Counted from the stretch's first letter, positions 30,295 through 40,701 are shown. The stretch is 64,000 nucleotides of DNA from an uncultured Gammaproteobacteria bacterium (GCA_964496095.1 CAZBWU010000005.1:19704-83703), one strand, 5' to 3'. A program made the numbers and translations. The notes: a model not told the origin generated them from the sequence alone.

Positions 30295-30385
30295 TTGGGG
30301 TGGCAGAACTCCCGCCAGAGGCGGGCAGGCGCCTTTGTACTAAAGCTCCTTGTCTGCCTTGGGCGGAAAACAGCTGCCACCCCAA
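30295..30385. repeat. long palindromic element between tyrS and argS
   Basis: TTGGGGTGGCAG...CCCGCCAGAGGCGGG...CTGCCACCCCAA. Outer 12-bp stem enclosing an inner hairpin. Confidence 0.5.
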
Positions 30386-30419
30386 ACCCCACGTACCGTT
30401 TTCAAAGTATAATTAAACT

Positions 30420-32123
30420 ATGACACTTACGATAAAAGAAAATATTTTTAAATTGTTGAAATCCGCTGGAGTGGAAGGGGAGATAGAATTGACCTCTCCG
30501 CCAAATCCAGAAATGGGTGATTTTGCTTTTGCTTGTTTTGGTGTGGCTAAATTTTGGCAGATGAATCCAGCGGAAGCGGCAAAAAAAATCAGTTCTCAGT
30601 TCGAAGTCCACAGCTCCCAGATGATTGAAAAAGTGGTTGCCCTTGGTCCTTATGTAAATTTTTATCTTAACTCTGGTAAAGTAGCGGATCTCATTATAAA
30701 AGAAATTTTAAAAAAAGGAAAAAAATATGGCATAAATAATTCCGGCAAAGGTAAGAAAGTTTTGATTGAGTATCCTTCTAATAATACTCATAAAGAATTT
30801 CATATCGGCCATTTCCGTAATGTTTGTATGGGCAATGCTTTGGTTAATCTGTACGAACAAAATGGTTATAAAGTTTATCCGGTAAATTATCTCAATGATT
30901 TTGGAAATCACGTGGCCAAGTGTTTGTGGGGTTTACAAAAATTTCATAAAGATGAAAAGCCTCCAGCCAATCAGCAAAAATGGTTGGGTGAGATTTATGC
31001 GGAAGCGAGCGCGAAACTAAAAGAAAATCCTGATTTTGCGCCAGAGGTAGCTGATGTGCAAAGACAATTAGAAAGCCATGATAAAAAATTATGGCCATTG
31101 TTTATCAAAACCAGGCAGTGGAGTATATATCAGTTTGCTAAAATTTTTAAAGATCTGGGTGTCAAACACAAAGCGGTTTTTTATGAAAAAGATCTCAAAG
31201 CCAAAGGCCAGAAAATGGTGGATGAGTTGCTCAAAAAAGGTATAGCCACAGTCGGTGAGGGTGGAGCGATTATTATTGATTTGAGTCAGTATAATTTAGA
31301 TGTGGCGTTGTTGCGAAAATCAAACGGCGCTGGTTTGTATCTGACGAGCGATTTGCCGCTCGCGACGGAGAAATTCAAAAAATGCAATGCGGATGAAAGT
31401 ATTGTTATTACCGGTATTGAGCAAAATTTATATTTTAAACAACTATATAAAATTTTGGAGTTAATGGGTTTCAAGAAAAAATTAACTCATATTGGGTATG
31501 GGCTCATAAATCTCAAAGAAGGTAAGATGGGCTCAAGGTTTGGCAATGTGATTTTGTATGAAGATTTGTATGCGGATATTTATGAAAGCCTAAAAGCCGA
31601 ATCTGTAGAGAGGCATGTTGACTGGAGTGATAAAAAAATTAGCGCCAATGCGAAAATTTTGGCTTTAGCTGCCCTGAAGTTTGATATGCAAAAACATGAG
31701 GCTAATAAAAATATTGTTTTTGATGCGAAAGAGGCGACTTCGGTTGAAGGTTTTAGCGGACCATATGTTTTGTATGTGGTCGCGCGAATAAACAGCATGC
31801 TCAGTAAAGCAAGTAGCAAATCGCAAATAGTAAAAAGCAAATTTTCGTTACTGGATAAGCCGGAAGAAAAGCGGTTGGTTTTGTGGCTGGGCAAGTATGA
31901 AGAAACTGTGGAAAAAGCTTTAGCAGAATATAATCCATCTGTAATGACTCGTTATTGTTTTGATCTGGCACAGGCGTTTAATAATTTTTATAATAATTGC
32001 AGTATTTTAAAAGCGGAAACCAAAGATTTAATGTCTGCCAGACTATCGTTGTCTGTGGCCACAAAAAATGTTTTGGAAAGCGCTTTAGGGCTTCTTACTA
32101 TTGACACGGTTGAGGAGATGTAA
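30420..32123 (+). CDS. argS: arginyl-tRNA synthetase
   Basis: HIGH-type motif FHIGHFRN, class I core, DALR anticodon-binding C-terminus. 567 aa. Confidence 0.9.
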   Translation: MTLTIKENIFKLLKSAGVEGEIELTSPPNPEMGDFAFACFGVAKFWQMNPAEAAKKISSQFEVHSSQMIEKVVALGPYVNFYLNSGKVADLIIKEILKKGKKYGINNSGKGKKVLIEYPSNNTHKEFHIGHFRNVCMGNALVNLYEQNGYKVYPVNYLNDFGNHVAKCLWGLQKFHKDEKPPANQQKWLGEIYAEASAKLKENPDFAPEVADVQRQLESHDKKLWPLFIKTRQWSIYQFAKIFKDLGVKHKAVFYEKDLKAKGQKMVDELLKKGIATVGEGGAIIIDLSQYNLDVALLRKSNGAGLYLTSDLPLATEKFKKCNADESIVITGIEQNLYFKQLYKILELMGFKKKLTHIGYGLINLKEGKMGSRFGNVILYEDLYADIYESLKAESVERHVDWSDKKISANAKILALAALKFDMQKHEANKNIVFDAKEATSVEGFSGPYVLYVVARINSMLSKASSKSQIVKSKFSLLDKPEEKRLVLWLGKYEETVEKALAEYNPSVMTRYCFDLAQAFNNFYNNCSILKAETKDLMSARLSLSVATKNVLESALGLLTIDTVEEM

Positions 32124-32220
32124 TACTTTCATATTGGCTGCATGTTTGTTCTCGCCAAATTTTGGTTGTGAGCAGTGCAAGCCACGAATATAAACAATCT
32201 CAAAGAAAAAGAGGTGTGGC

Positions 32221-33235
32221 TATGGACGCCTTGAAGATCTGGTTCTGGAATAAGGGACGGCAGTTTGGTTTGATTCTGCTGGAATTTCTCTGGAAGTTGG
32301 TTGTCCGGTTTTTTTATCAGCCGGATTTCATTTTCCTGGTCTACGGCCAGTTGCGCCACAAGCGCGCTTGCTGGTCTGAGAGAACGGAGAAGCGTATCGG
32401 TCTCTGTGGTTTGATCAGCTTCATCAGATGGAAGAAGGACGGTGTTCGGTTTCGTGGTTTGGTGATAGCTTCCACGGTGAGTATGGAAGAATTTAGCGAG
32501 CGACCCGAACTCGCTTTGAGAGTTGTTGAAGAAGTGAAAAAGCGCTTTCCTAAGGTGAAGGCAATTGCTTTGGCCGGGCAGCTTCCTGGATGGATTGCTC
32601 GTGCATCGGGACAAGCCCCAGTCACACCTTGTGTTGGTGGAAGTCTTGGAACTTGCTTTGCTGTAGGGCGGGCGGTATTTGAACTCTCTTCTTCTTTGAG
32701 GGGTGTGTCGGATCAACATGTTGTTGTGGTGGGTGGAGCTGGTCATACCGGTTCTCAGGTGGTTGAGGTCTTGTCGGTCGCAAATCGATTTAGAATCACT
32801 GCCTTTGATCGCCGTTTGTCAGAAAATGTCACAGGCAATGTTCGTCAAACCAGTGACCCTGTTTGTTTGGAGAGCGCCTCTCTAGTGGTGGTGCTTACTG
32901 CCCAAGGAGATGAAGTTAGATCTCTTGTTCCAAACATTAGGCGGGGAACGATTGTTGCTGATGACACGCACCCCATGATTGGTTCGCGCGTGCGCAAGGC
33001 GCTTTTTGACCAGGGTGCAAAGCTCGCCAAGATCACGATGACTGCAAATCCCTCCTTGAGGATGTTTCCGCGTCTTCCCGACTTCAAGTCGGATGATATT
33101 CCCGGGTGCCTTCTTGAGGCTTTGGTGGTTTCTGTGAGGGGGCGTGAAGTTCTCTCTAGCCAGTCAAGATTTGATGCGGAAGCTGAGCGTTTGGGGTTCA
33201 AGCCTAAGTTGGGGGATCACCCAACGTATTCGTAG
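32221..33235 (+). CDS. NAD(P)-binding Rossmann-fold protein of unknown function in a moderately GC-enriched segment
   Basis: AAGAGG Shine-Dalgarno before ATG 32221 (ORF track starts at TTG 32162). VVVVGGAGHTGSQVV GxGxxG dinucleotide-binding motif. Local GC is clearly above the flanks. Confidence 0.45.
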
Positions 33236-33270
33236 TTGACTTCGCGAGCTTGTTGAAAGACAGTCTCGCG

Positions 33271-33318
33271 AAAAAACAAAGCATTCAATTATTTTTTTTG
33301 AATGCTTTGTTTTTTAAT
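33271..33318. terminator. strong bidirectional rho-independent terminator
   Basis: Perfect 15-bp stem AAACAAAGCATTCAA/TTGAATGCTTTGTTT with a T-rich loop and T-runs on both sides. Confidence 0.65.
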
Positions 33319-33326
33319 AGAAAAAA

Positions 33327-34952
33327 GTGTATAATATTTTTATGTTTGAATTAGATTTTATAAATATTATTGTTGCAGTTTCGCTTGTCATACACGCTGT
33401 GTTGTTGTGGCTTTTATATCGTTATGGTCGCACAACTCCCGGAGGTAAAGCATATTCAGTTGCAATTTTAGCTATCGCCGGTTGGATTTTACCGATGGTA
33501 TTTTATCGGAGTCATATTTTTGGAGAAGTTATTTTGTGGGCGCGCATGCTTTATATTATGGCGTCTTTTACTTCTACCAGCTTTTTTTTATTTACCTTCG
33601 TATTTCCTGATAATAAAAAACCGCCACTGTGGGTTGAATTGGGGCTTCTTATAGAAAATATTTTAATAATTCTACTTTGTCTTCATCCGACCCTTATGAT
33701 TAGAGGTGTTTCTTTTGTTGATAAAGGTGAAGATATTATTTTGTGGGGACCGTTGTATTTTGTGTATTCCTTGCATATCAGTACTTTTTTTATTTTGGGT
33801 TTTGTTAATCTTTTTATTAAAATGCGTCGTTCGGTAGGTGTGGTGCGTAGTCATATTTTATATATTCTCATCGGTTATTTTTTTGCTTCCAATTTAGCGA
33901 TGGCTACAAATCTGATTTTGCCATGGTTTGGGTATTTTGAATTAAATTGGATGGGGCAATTTTTTTCAACTATTATTGCCATCTTTACTACTTACGCTAT
34001 TTTGAAGCATCAGCTACTGAGTATAAAAGTTATTGCTACTGAGGGTTTTTTAATGATCTTGAATTTTCTTTTAATTTTACGTCTTATTATTTCCGAGTCC
34101 TATCAGCAGTTTATTATTAATTTCTTTTTAGCTTTAGTTGTTTTATTTATTTCTTATTTACTAATAAAAAGCGTATCAAGCGAAGTGAAAAGACGCGAAG
34201 AAACTGCCAAACTTGCCGATTCTCTAGAACGCGCCAATATTCAGCTCCAGGAACTTGATAAACAAAAAACTGAATTTTTATCTATTGCCTCGCACCAGCT
34301 ACGTACGCCATTATCAATTTTAAAAGGTTATATAGAATTAATTATTGATGGCGCCTATGGCAAGGTAGAAAAAAAAACAGTTAAGATTTTGCAAGACATG
34401 GATCTAAACAATGAACATTTAATCAAGCTGGTAGATGAATTTTTAAATATTTCTCGCATTGAGCAGGGGAGAGCCAAGTATAATTTTAGCTTAGTAGATA
34501 TAATTGGTATCACCGAAAGTGTAGTTAAAGATTTCAAAATCAAAGCCAAAGAAAAAAAGATAAAAATTTTATGGGATAAACCAAAAAATATACCGCAGGT
34601 TGATTGTGATCAAGAAAAAATTCATCATGTGGTATTTAATTTTGTTGACAACGCTTTGAAGTATAGCGAAGAAGGTGAGATAAAAGTTTTATTAACTCAA
34701 GAAGAAAAAGGAATTAGTATTCGTGTTCAAGACAATGGTATTGGATTTAATAAAACAGATGAGGTTAATTTTTATCAGAAATTTTATCGAGGTGAAAATG
34801 TAAAAGGGTCTAATGTGACTGGCACTGGCCTGGGTCTTTTTGTCTGCCGTAAGTTCATTGAGGCACACAATGGTCGGATTTGGGCTCGTAGCTCCGGCTT
34901 GGGCAAGGGCAGTGAATTTGGTTTTTGGATTCCTTTGAAACATGTGATATAA
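33327..34952 (+). CDS. sensor histidine kinase with a multi-TM N-terminal domain
   Basis: HisKA H-box (ASHQLRTPLS). HATPase_c N, G1, G2 boxes (NALKYS, DNGIGF, GTGLGL). At least six N-terminal TM helices. Confidence 0.8.
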   Translation: MYNIFMFELDFINIIVAVSLVIHAVLLWLLYRYGRTTPGGKAYSVAILAIAGWILPMVFYRSHIFGEVILWARMLYIMASFTSTSFFLFTFVFPDNKKPPLWVELGLLIENILIILLCLHPTLMIRGVSFVDKGEDIILWGPLYFVYSLHISTFFILGFVNLFIKMRRSVGVVRSHILYILIGYFFASNLAMATNLILPWFGYFELNWMGQFFSTIIAIFTTYAILKHQLLSIKVIATEGFLMILNFLLILRLIISESYQQFIINFFLALVVLFISYLLIKSVSSEVKRREETAKLADSLERANIQLQELDKQKTEFLSIASHQLRTPLSILKGYIELIIDGAYGKVEKKTVKILQDMDLNNEHLIKLVDEFLNISRIEQGRAKYNFSLVDIIGITESVVKDFKIKAKEKKIKILWDKPKNIPQVDCDQEKIHHVVFNFVDNALKYSEEGEIKVLLTQEEKGISIRVQDNGIGFNKTDEVNFYQKFYRGENVKGSNVTGTGLGLFVCRKFIEAHNGRIWARSSGLGKGSEFGFWIPLKHVI

Positions 34953-34990
34953 TTAAATTCTTAAAATAATCTAACTTTTTTATCAAACAT

Positions 34991-35470
34991 ATGATATTCC
35001 AAAGACAACAGCCAAAAATCCTTGAAGAAATTAATGAGGTAGAAATTGAAGAAATGCCTAGTCATAATGTTCAGGATGAAGTAGAAACAGTGGTTGGCCC
35101 TTCGGTCAACGTAGAAGGGGATTTTGCTTCTGAAGGAAATATCGTAGTCAAAGGAACTGTCTCTGGGAGTGTCTTTACCAGCAAGCATTTGACCGTTGAG
35201 CGTGGCGCCAAAATTATTGCCAATGTACGAGCGGGGAGCGCTACTATTTCTGGTGAAGTAAAAGGCAATATGAAGATAAAAGGAGCTTTGGAATTAACTT
35301 CTACTGCCAAAGTTACGGGTGATATCGATGCTCAAAATTTAAAAATCGAATCAGGCGCGATGCTCTATGGTAAGGTGACTATGCCGGGAATGGAAGTGGG
35401 AGAAAAAAATAGCCGACAAAAAAGTTCTTCAAAGAAAATAGACGAAGCCGAATCTCAGTTCCTGTCTTAG
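34991..35470 (+). CDS. bactofilin-family cytoskeletal protein
   Basis: Repetitive beta-helical segment (VEGDFASEGNIVVKGTVSGSVFTS...ISGEVKGNMKIKG...VTGDIDAQNLKIESGA) typical of bactofilin/DUF583. Confidence 0.65.
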   Translation: MIFQRQQPKILEEINEVEIEEMPSHNVQDEVETVVGPSVNVEGDFASEGNIVVKGTVSGSVFTSKHLTVERGAKIIANVRAGSATISGEVKGNMKIKGALELTSTAKVTGDIDAQNLKIESGAMLYGKVTMPGMEVGEKNSRQKSSSKKIDEAESQFLS

Positions 35471-35482
35471 TGTGTCTAGTTT

Positions 35483-36256
35483 TTGGTAAATATGTATGTT
35501 TATATCTACGACAATTTTTTACGTCAAAAAAATTTCCTCTCTATCGTCCATACCATGGAGGTTATTCTTACCGACTATGGTATAGCCGGTAAAATTTTGC
35601 GTTTACAAAACTATACAGACTCCAAAACAATTATAGAAGACGAAATCAAGCGTGGTGCCAAGACGATTGTGATTGTCGGCAATGATGCTACTTTTGGTCA
35701 AGTCTTGTCTCGCAGTGCTACCAGCAACTGCACCTTTGGTTTTCTTCCCGTTGGCCCAAACAATACCATTGCGGAAGTTTTGGGTATCCCTGTCGGGGTG
35801 GAAGCCTGCACCGTCTTGTCCCGCCGTCGCAAAGAGTTTCTGGATGTGGGTTGGATGAATAATCGCTATTTTGTGTCTCAGCTCAAAGTAATGCCAGCCA
35901 AGTTGGAGGTAGTTTATGATGAGCGTTTCAAGGTGACGGCTACCGATAAAATGGAGGTAATTGTTTGTAATTTACAACCATTTTTTTGGAAAAAAGACAA
36001 AAGAGATAAAGAAGCGCACGTTGTCCATCCCCAAGATGGCAAGCTAGAAGCGTTTATCAGACCATTGACAAAGAGTGGCTGGTGGGGTTATAAATACGAA
36101 GACCCAAGTATCTTTCCTTTTGAAGAAATGACTATTACCGGCAAAGAAGCCTTTACTGTTGAGGCTGATGGTAAGATTTCCAAAGAAGTAAAAGTAAAAA
36201 TAAAATTGGCTCATAGTAAGGTAGAGATGATTGTGGGTAGGGACAGAAAGTTTTAG
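35483..36256 (+). CDS. DAGK_cat/YegS-family lipid kinase-like protein (GGDGT motif degenerated to GNDAT)
   Basis: IVIVGNDATFGQVL...FGFLPVGPNNTIAEVLGIP matches the GGDGT...LGxLPxGTxNDFA..GIP pattern of the diacylglycerol kinase catalytic family. Confidence 0.5.
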   Translation: MVNMYVYIYDNFLRQKNFLSIVHTMEVILTDYGIAGKILRLQNYTDSKTIIEDEIKRGAKTIVIVGNDATFGQVLSRSATSNCTFGFLPVGPNNTIAEVLGIPVGVEACTVLSRRRKEFLDVGWMNNRYFVSQLKVMPAKLEVVYDERFKVTATDKMEVIVCNLQPFFWKKDKRDKEAHVVHPQDGKLEAFIRPLTKSGWWGYKYEDPSIFPFEEMTITGKEAFTVEADGKISKEVKVKIKLAHSKVEMIVGRDRKF

Positions 36257-36257
36257 T

Positions 36258-36911
36258 ATGAAACCGCAGGGAAAGGTAAAAATAAAATGGTCGCCAGAGT
36301 TCGCATATGCAATAGGGTTAATTACATCGGATGGTAGTTTATCAAAAGACGGCAGGCATATATCATTTGTTTCAAAAGATATAGAAATGATAAAAAATTT
36401 TCAGAGAAGCTTGGATTTTTCATGTAAAGTTGGTAAAAAATCGAGCGGTTCAAATAAGAATAAAATTTACAAATTTGTTCAGATAGGCGATGTAAGTTTT
36501 TATAATTTTCTTATTTCAATAGGTTTAATGCCTAATAAAAGCAAGGTAGTAGGAAGTGTCAAAGTTCCAAAAAAATATTTTTTTCATTTTTTAAGAGGTT
36601 GTTTTGATGGAGACGGGAGTTTTTATTCTTATTATGATAAACGATGGAAGTCTAGTTTAATGTTTTATGTAAGCCTTGCCTCAGCAAGTAAAACACATAT
36701 TTTGTGGTTAAGGGCCGAAATTTTAAAGAGATTAAAAATTAAAGGGCATATAGCAAAGAGCTTGCAAAGTTCTGCTTATCAGCTAAGATATGCAAAACAA
36801 GAGTCCCTTAAATTATTGTCTAGTTTATATTTAGATGATACAGTTAGCCTGTCTAGAAAGAAGTTAAAAATACTGAAAGTTATAAAAAGTAAAAAAGCGC
36901 GGGTGGTGTAA
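36258..36911 (+). CDS. LAGLIDADG-family homing endonuclease (two-motif, single-chain type), free-standing
   Basis: Two LAGLIDADG motifs about 100 aa apart: YAIGLITSDGSL and FLRGCFDGDGSF. The last 15 nt overlap the 5' end of tRNA-Leu. Confidence 0.8.
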   Translation: MKPQGKVKIKWSPEFAYAIGLITSDGSLSKDGRHISFVSKDIEMIKNFQRSLDFSCKVGKKSSGSNKNKIYKFVQIGDVSFYNFLISIGLMPNKSKVVGSVKVPKKYFFHFLRGCFDGDGSFYSYYDKRWKSSLMFYVSLASASKTHILWLRAEILKRLKIKGHIAKSLQSSAYQLRYAKQESLKLLSSLYLDDTVSLSRKKLKILKVIKSKKARVV

Positions 36912-36979
36912 TGGTAGCCACGCAGCCTTGAGGTGGCTGTGCCCGCAAGGGCATGGAGGTTCAAGTCCTCTCCCGCGCA
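36897..36979 (+). tRNA. tRNA-Leu (anticodon GAG), class II with a long variable arm; CCA not encoded
   Basis: Acceptor stem GCGCGGG/CCCGCGC. Anticodon stem CAGCC/GGCTG with loop TTGAGGT. 15-nt variable arm. T-loop TTCAAGT. Discriminator A. Confidence 0.85.
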
Positions 36980-37073
36980 CTAGTTAAATATCGAATTGTG
37001 GTTTGATATTTTATAATTTATAGAATTTTCTAAATTTTATAAATAATCTTCAGGTTATTTTGTGAAATAATTT

Positions 37074-39047
37074 ATGAAACGAGAATATTATTCTAATTCG
37101 ATTGCTCTTTTCATAAAGTCTGATGTAGATGAGATACTTGGTAAATTGACACGAAATAGCGACTTTGATTTAGGGCAAAATCAGCGAGACGCATGGGTAG
37201 AAGAAATTAATATTTTGCAAAAAGTTTTAGCTTCTTATTCTGGCTCAATTTGCTTTGAATATTCTATTCCCAGAATGGGAAAGAGAATTGACACAGTTTT
37301 AATTATTGGGCCAGCTATTTTTATTCTTGAATTTAAGGTTGGAGATAAAGAATTTTCTTCCAGTGCGCTAGATCAGGTTTGGGATTATGCTCTGGATTTA
37401 AAAAATTTCCACAGCTCAAGTCATAATCATTTTATAGTACCTGTTCTTATTGCAACAAATGCAAAAAATATTTCTCCTGTTATTTCGTTAACTCCAAAGA
37501 GCGACAAGGTTCTTTTTCCTATAAAATCAAACCTGGAAACATTAAAGATTGTTTTAGATAATTCCTTGGCTTTATTAGACGGGAATAGTATTGATGTTGC
37601 AGAATGGGAAAAAGGAAGATACTGTCCTACCCCGACTATTGTTGAAGCGGCTATGGCTTTATATAGGGGGCATTCTGTTGAAAATATTTCGCGAAATGAT
37701 GCTGGGGCAATTAATTTGACCCAAACATCTGAGGTTGTGTCAGAAATAATCAGGTCTTCACGAGATAAATCACAAAAATCAATTTGCTTTGTTACTGGTG
37801 TGCCTGGTGCTGGAAAGACGTTAGTTGGGTTAAATATCGCAAATAAACATATTGATAAAGAAAATGATTTGTACAGTGTCTTTCTTTCTGGAAACGGACC
37901 GCTTGTAGCAATTCTGCGAGAAGCATTGACTCGTGATAGGGTGTTCCATGAGAAAGAAAAAGGAAATAAAATTACCAAAGGTGACGCCATGCGAAATGTT
38001 AAATTATTTATTCAAAATGTTCATAATTTTCGGGATGATTGTTTGAAGGATGAAAAACCACCAATTGAACATGTTGCTCTTTTTGATGAAGCACAGCGAG
38101 CTTGGAATTTAGAACAAACAGCTAATTTCATGCAGAGGAAAAAAGGTAAGCCAGATTTTAATCAATCTGAGCCAGAGTTTCTTATTTCTTGTCTTGATCG
38201 TCATAAGGACTGGGCAGTTGTTGTTTGTTTAGTTGGTGGAGGTCAAGAAATAAATACGGGGGAGGCGGGAATTAGCGAATGGATTAAATGTTTAAATAGT
38301 TCATTTCCAGATTGGAATGTTTATGTGTCTTCTAGGTTAACTGATAGTGAATATGGAGCAGGAAAAATTCTAGACCAAATCAAGGCTCATAAAAATGTAT
38401 TTATGAAAGATGAACTACATTTGTCTGTTTCGATGCGTTCATTTCGTGCTGAGCATGTTTCGTTGCTTATAAAACAAGTTCTTGATATAGATTTAGCAGA
38501 AGCGCAAAAAACATTAACACAGGTAAAATTACAATATCCAATTGTAATTACTCGTGATATTGTAAAAGCAAAGGAATGGTTAAAAAAACAAGCTCGTGGT
38601 TCCGAACGTTATGGAATGGTTGTTTCTTCACAGGCAGAGAGATTAAAACCTCATGCAGTGTTTGTAAAGTCAGCCATGGACCCTATTCATTGGTTTCTTG
38701 ATGGTAAGGAAGATGTTCGCTCGTCGTATTACCTTGAAGATGTAGCAACAGAATTTGATATTCAAGGGTTGGAATTAGATTGGTCATGTGTAGTTTGGGA
38801 TGCTGATTTTAGGTATACAGTGACTGGTTGGGACTGCAGATCATTTGTTGGTAGTAAGTGGAATTATATTAAAAAATTTGAGAGGCAAATGTATTTAAAA
38901 AATGCATATCGTGTTTTACTCACTCGAGCCAGGCAAGGAATGGTTATTGTTATTCCACCTGGTGATCCTTTAGACCCCACTCGTAATCCAGATTTTTATA
39001 ATCCTATTTTCAATTACCTTAAAGATGTCGGCTTCGAAGAGATTTAG
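37074..39047 (+). CDS. PD-(D/E)xK nuclease plus SF1-helicase-like ATPase fusion (DUF2075-like)
   Basis: N-terminal nuclease-type D...ExK (IDTVLI ... ILEFK). Walker A GVPGAGKT. Walker B / DExQ (LFDEAQRAW). SF1 motif VI ([11 protein letters not shown]). Confidence 0.65.
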   Translation: MKREYYSNSIALFIKSDVDEILGKLTRNSDFDLGQNQRDAWVEEINILQKVLASYSGSICFEYSIPRMGKRIDTVLIIGPAIFILEFKVGDKEFSSSALDQVWDYALDLKNFHSSSHNHFIVPVLIATNAKNISPVISLTPKSDKVLFPIKSNLETLKIVLDNSLALLDGNSIDVAEWEKGRYCPTPTIVEAAMALYRGHSVENISRNDAGAINLTQTSEVVSEIIRSSRDKSQKSICFVTGVPGAGKTLVGLNIANKHIDKENDLYSVFLSGNGPLVAILREALTRDRVFHEKEKGNKITKGDAMRNVKLFIQNVHNFRDDCLKDEKPPIEHVALFDEAQRAWNLEQTANFMQRKKGKPDFNQSEPEFLISCLDRHKDWAVVVCLVGGGQEINTGEAGISEWIKCLNSSFPDWNVYVSSRLTDSEYGAGKILDQIKAHKNVFMKDELHLSVSMRSFRAEHVSLLIKQVLDIDLAEAQKTLTQVKLQYPIVITRDIVKAKEWLKKQARGSERYGMVVSSQAERLKPHAVFVKSAMDPIHWFLDGKEDVRSSYYLEDVATEFDIQGLELDWSCVVWDADFRYTVTGWDCRSFVGSKWNYIKKFERQMYLKNAYRVLLTRARQGMVIVIPPGDPLDPTRNPDFYNPIFNYLKDVGFEEI

Positions 39048-39128
39048 AATATTGACCAAGACGGTCTCTTCTTTCAATTTCCCTCAAAAAATGCTAAAAT
39101 TCCTTTAGTATTTTTTTATTATATTTCT

Positions 39129-39371
39129 ATGCGCTATTTTATCGGTATTGTCCTAGTCTTAATCGGTGTGGCTTTAGTTCTCAAAACTGAATGGTTTCTT
39201 CAAAACTTTGGTAGTAATGCTTGGGCAGAAGAAAAATTTGGCACTGCGGGCGGTTCGCGTTTAATGTACAAGCTTATTGGTATTGCCTTTATTTTTTTTG
39301 GGTTTCTCTCTATAACCAATATGATTAATGGTTTCTTGATGGGAACGTTGGGTAAAATTTTTATTAGATAG
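39129..39371 (+). CDS. small two-TM membrane protein
   Basis: 80 aa with two hydrophobic helices. Confidence 0.35.
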   Translation: MRYFIGIVLVLIGVALVLKTEWFLQNFGSNAWAEEKFGTAGGSRLMYKLIGIAFIFFGFLSITNMINGFLMGTLGKIFIR

Positions 39372-39376
39372 TTTCT

Positions 39377-39925
39377 ATGTCTCACTCTGGTACGGCGCTT
39401 ATCGATCCATACAAAATATTTGAAAGAATTTCATTGTCAGCCGGACAACGGGTGGCTGATTTGGGTTGCGGTCGCACCGGTCATTTTGTTTTTCCAGCAG
39501 TTAAAGTCGTGGGTGATAAGGGTGTGGTCTATGCGGTTGATGTAGTCAAAAATATTTTGGAGAGCATAAAAAGCATGGCGCGAAGCGAAGGTTTTGATAA
39601 TGTGCAGACAGTTTGGTCTGATATTGAGATGCCCGGTAAAACGCCTATTCCTGAGGGGTCACTTGACGCTTGTTTTTATATTAATGTATTATTCCAGCTG
39701 AAAAATAAAGATAGCGCTTTGCAAGAGGCGGTGCGGATGCTCAAAAAAGGTGGGTATCTAGTAGCGGTTGATTGGGCAAGGAAACTAGGGGCGCTAGGTC
39801 CGTCAGAAAACCTAATGCTTAAACCAGACGAGCTGATGCGTTTGGCAAGTAGTCAAGGTTTAAAATTTATCGACAAGATTTTACCAGGCGATTATCATTA
39901 TTCATTAATTTTTGAGAAAATTTAA
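39377..39925 (+). CDS. class I SAM-dependent methyltransferase (small-molecule type)
   Basis: Motif I VADLGCGRTGHF. Motif post-II LKKGGYLV. Confidence 0.65.
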   Translation: MSHSGTALIDPYKIFERISLSAGQRVADLGCGRTGHFVFPAVKVVGDKGVVYAVDVVKNILESIKSMARSEGFDNVQTVWSDIEMPGKTPIPEGSLDACFYINVLFQLKNKDSALQEAVRMLKKGGYLVAVDWARKLGALGPSENLMLKPDELMRLASSQGLKFIDKILPGDYHYSLIFEKI

Positions 39926-40343
39926 TTATTCTACTATGAGTTTCGCGAATCTCTTCCACCTAGATTATTGGTTCAGCCAGCCGTTTATCGCCAGAGGCAA
40001 TTCTTTGAAATTAATTGTTGGCGCTTTTTTACTTTTTATCGTAGTAGGTTTGGTTTGTAGAATTCTTTCTCAGTATAAAGAAGAAAAATACAAAAAAATT
40101 ATTTTGAAAAGATTTGGAAATTTGGGAATGACTGTGGGTTTTTTGGGGATGGTCTGGATGTTTTTCCGCCAGGAAGGTGTTATGTATTTATCATATCGTG
40201 TTTGGTTGTTACCCGTAGCTGTCTATGCAGTCTGGTCTCTATATAAAACTTACAAATACATGACTTCTCGAGTTCCTCAAATAAAAGAGGAAGAAGACAG
40301 ACGTGCTAGAATAGAAAAATATTTACCTCATCAAAAAAAATAA
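39912..40343 (+). CDS. hypothetical membrane protein
   Basis: Three predicted TM helices. No motifs. Confidence 0.35.
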   Translation: MRKFNYSTMSFANLFHLDYWFSQPFIARGNSLKLIVGAFLLFIVVGLVCRILSQYKEEKYKKIILKRFGNLGMTVGFLGMVWMFFRQEGVMYLSYRVWLLPVAVYAVWSLYKTYKYMTSRVPQIKEEEDRRARIEKYLPHQKK

Positions 40344-40344
40344 T

Positions 40345-40701
40345 GTGACTCGCCATAATAAAAATTTAGGCGATTGGGGAGAAGAACAAGCCTGTAATTT
40401 TTTAAAACGACACGAATTTAAAATTGTTGAACGGAATTTTCATACAACCATGGGTGAAATTGATATCATCGCTGTCAAAGGCGATGATTATTATTTTATA
40501 GAGGTAAAGACAAGAAAAGATAGAGAGTTGGCCAACGACGATTCTATTACTTATTTCAAGAAATTAAAGCTTCAAAAAACGGTCAGAGCGTATTGTTATG
40601 CGAGAAGTATAAAGGACAAATCCATTATTTTGGCTGGGTTAATTGTAAAAGTAAATGAACTTGAGAAAAAGGCTAGTTTTCGGTTTTGTGTTATCTATTG
40701 A
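40345..40701 (+). CDS. YraN/UPF0102-family endonuclease-like protein
   Basis: GDWGEE...EIDIIA...FIEVKTRK, the restriction-endonuclease-like fold signature of UPF0102. Confidence 0.7.
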   Translation: MTRHNKNLGDWGEEQACNFLKRHEFKIVERNFHTTMGEIDIIAVKGDDYYFIEVKTRKDRELANDDSITYFKKLKLQKTVRAYCYARSIKDKSIILAGLIVKVNELEKKASFRFCVIY

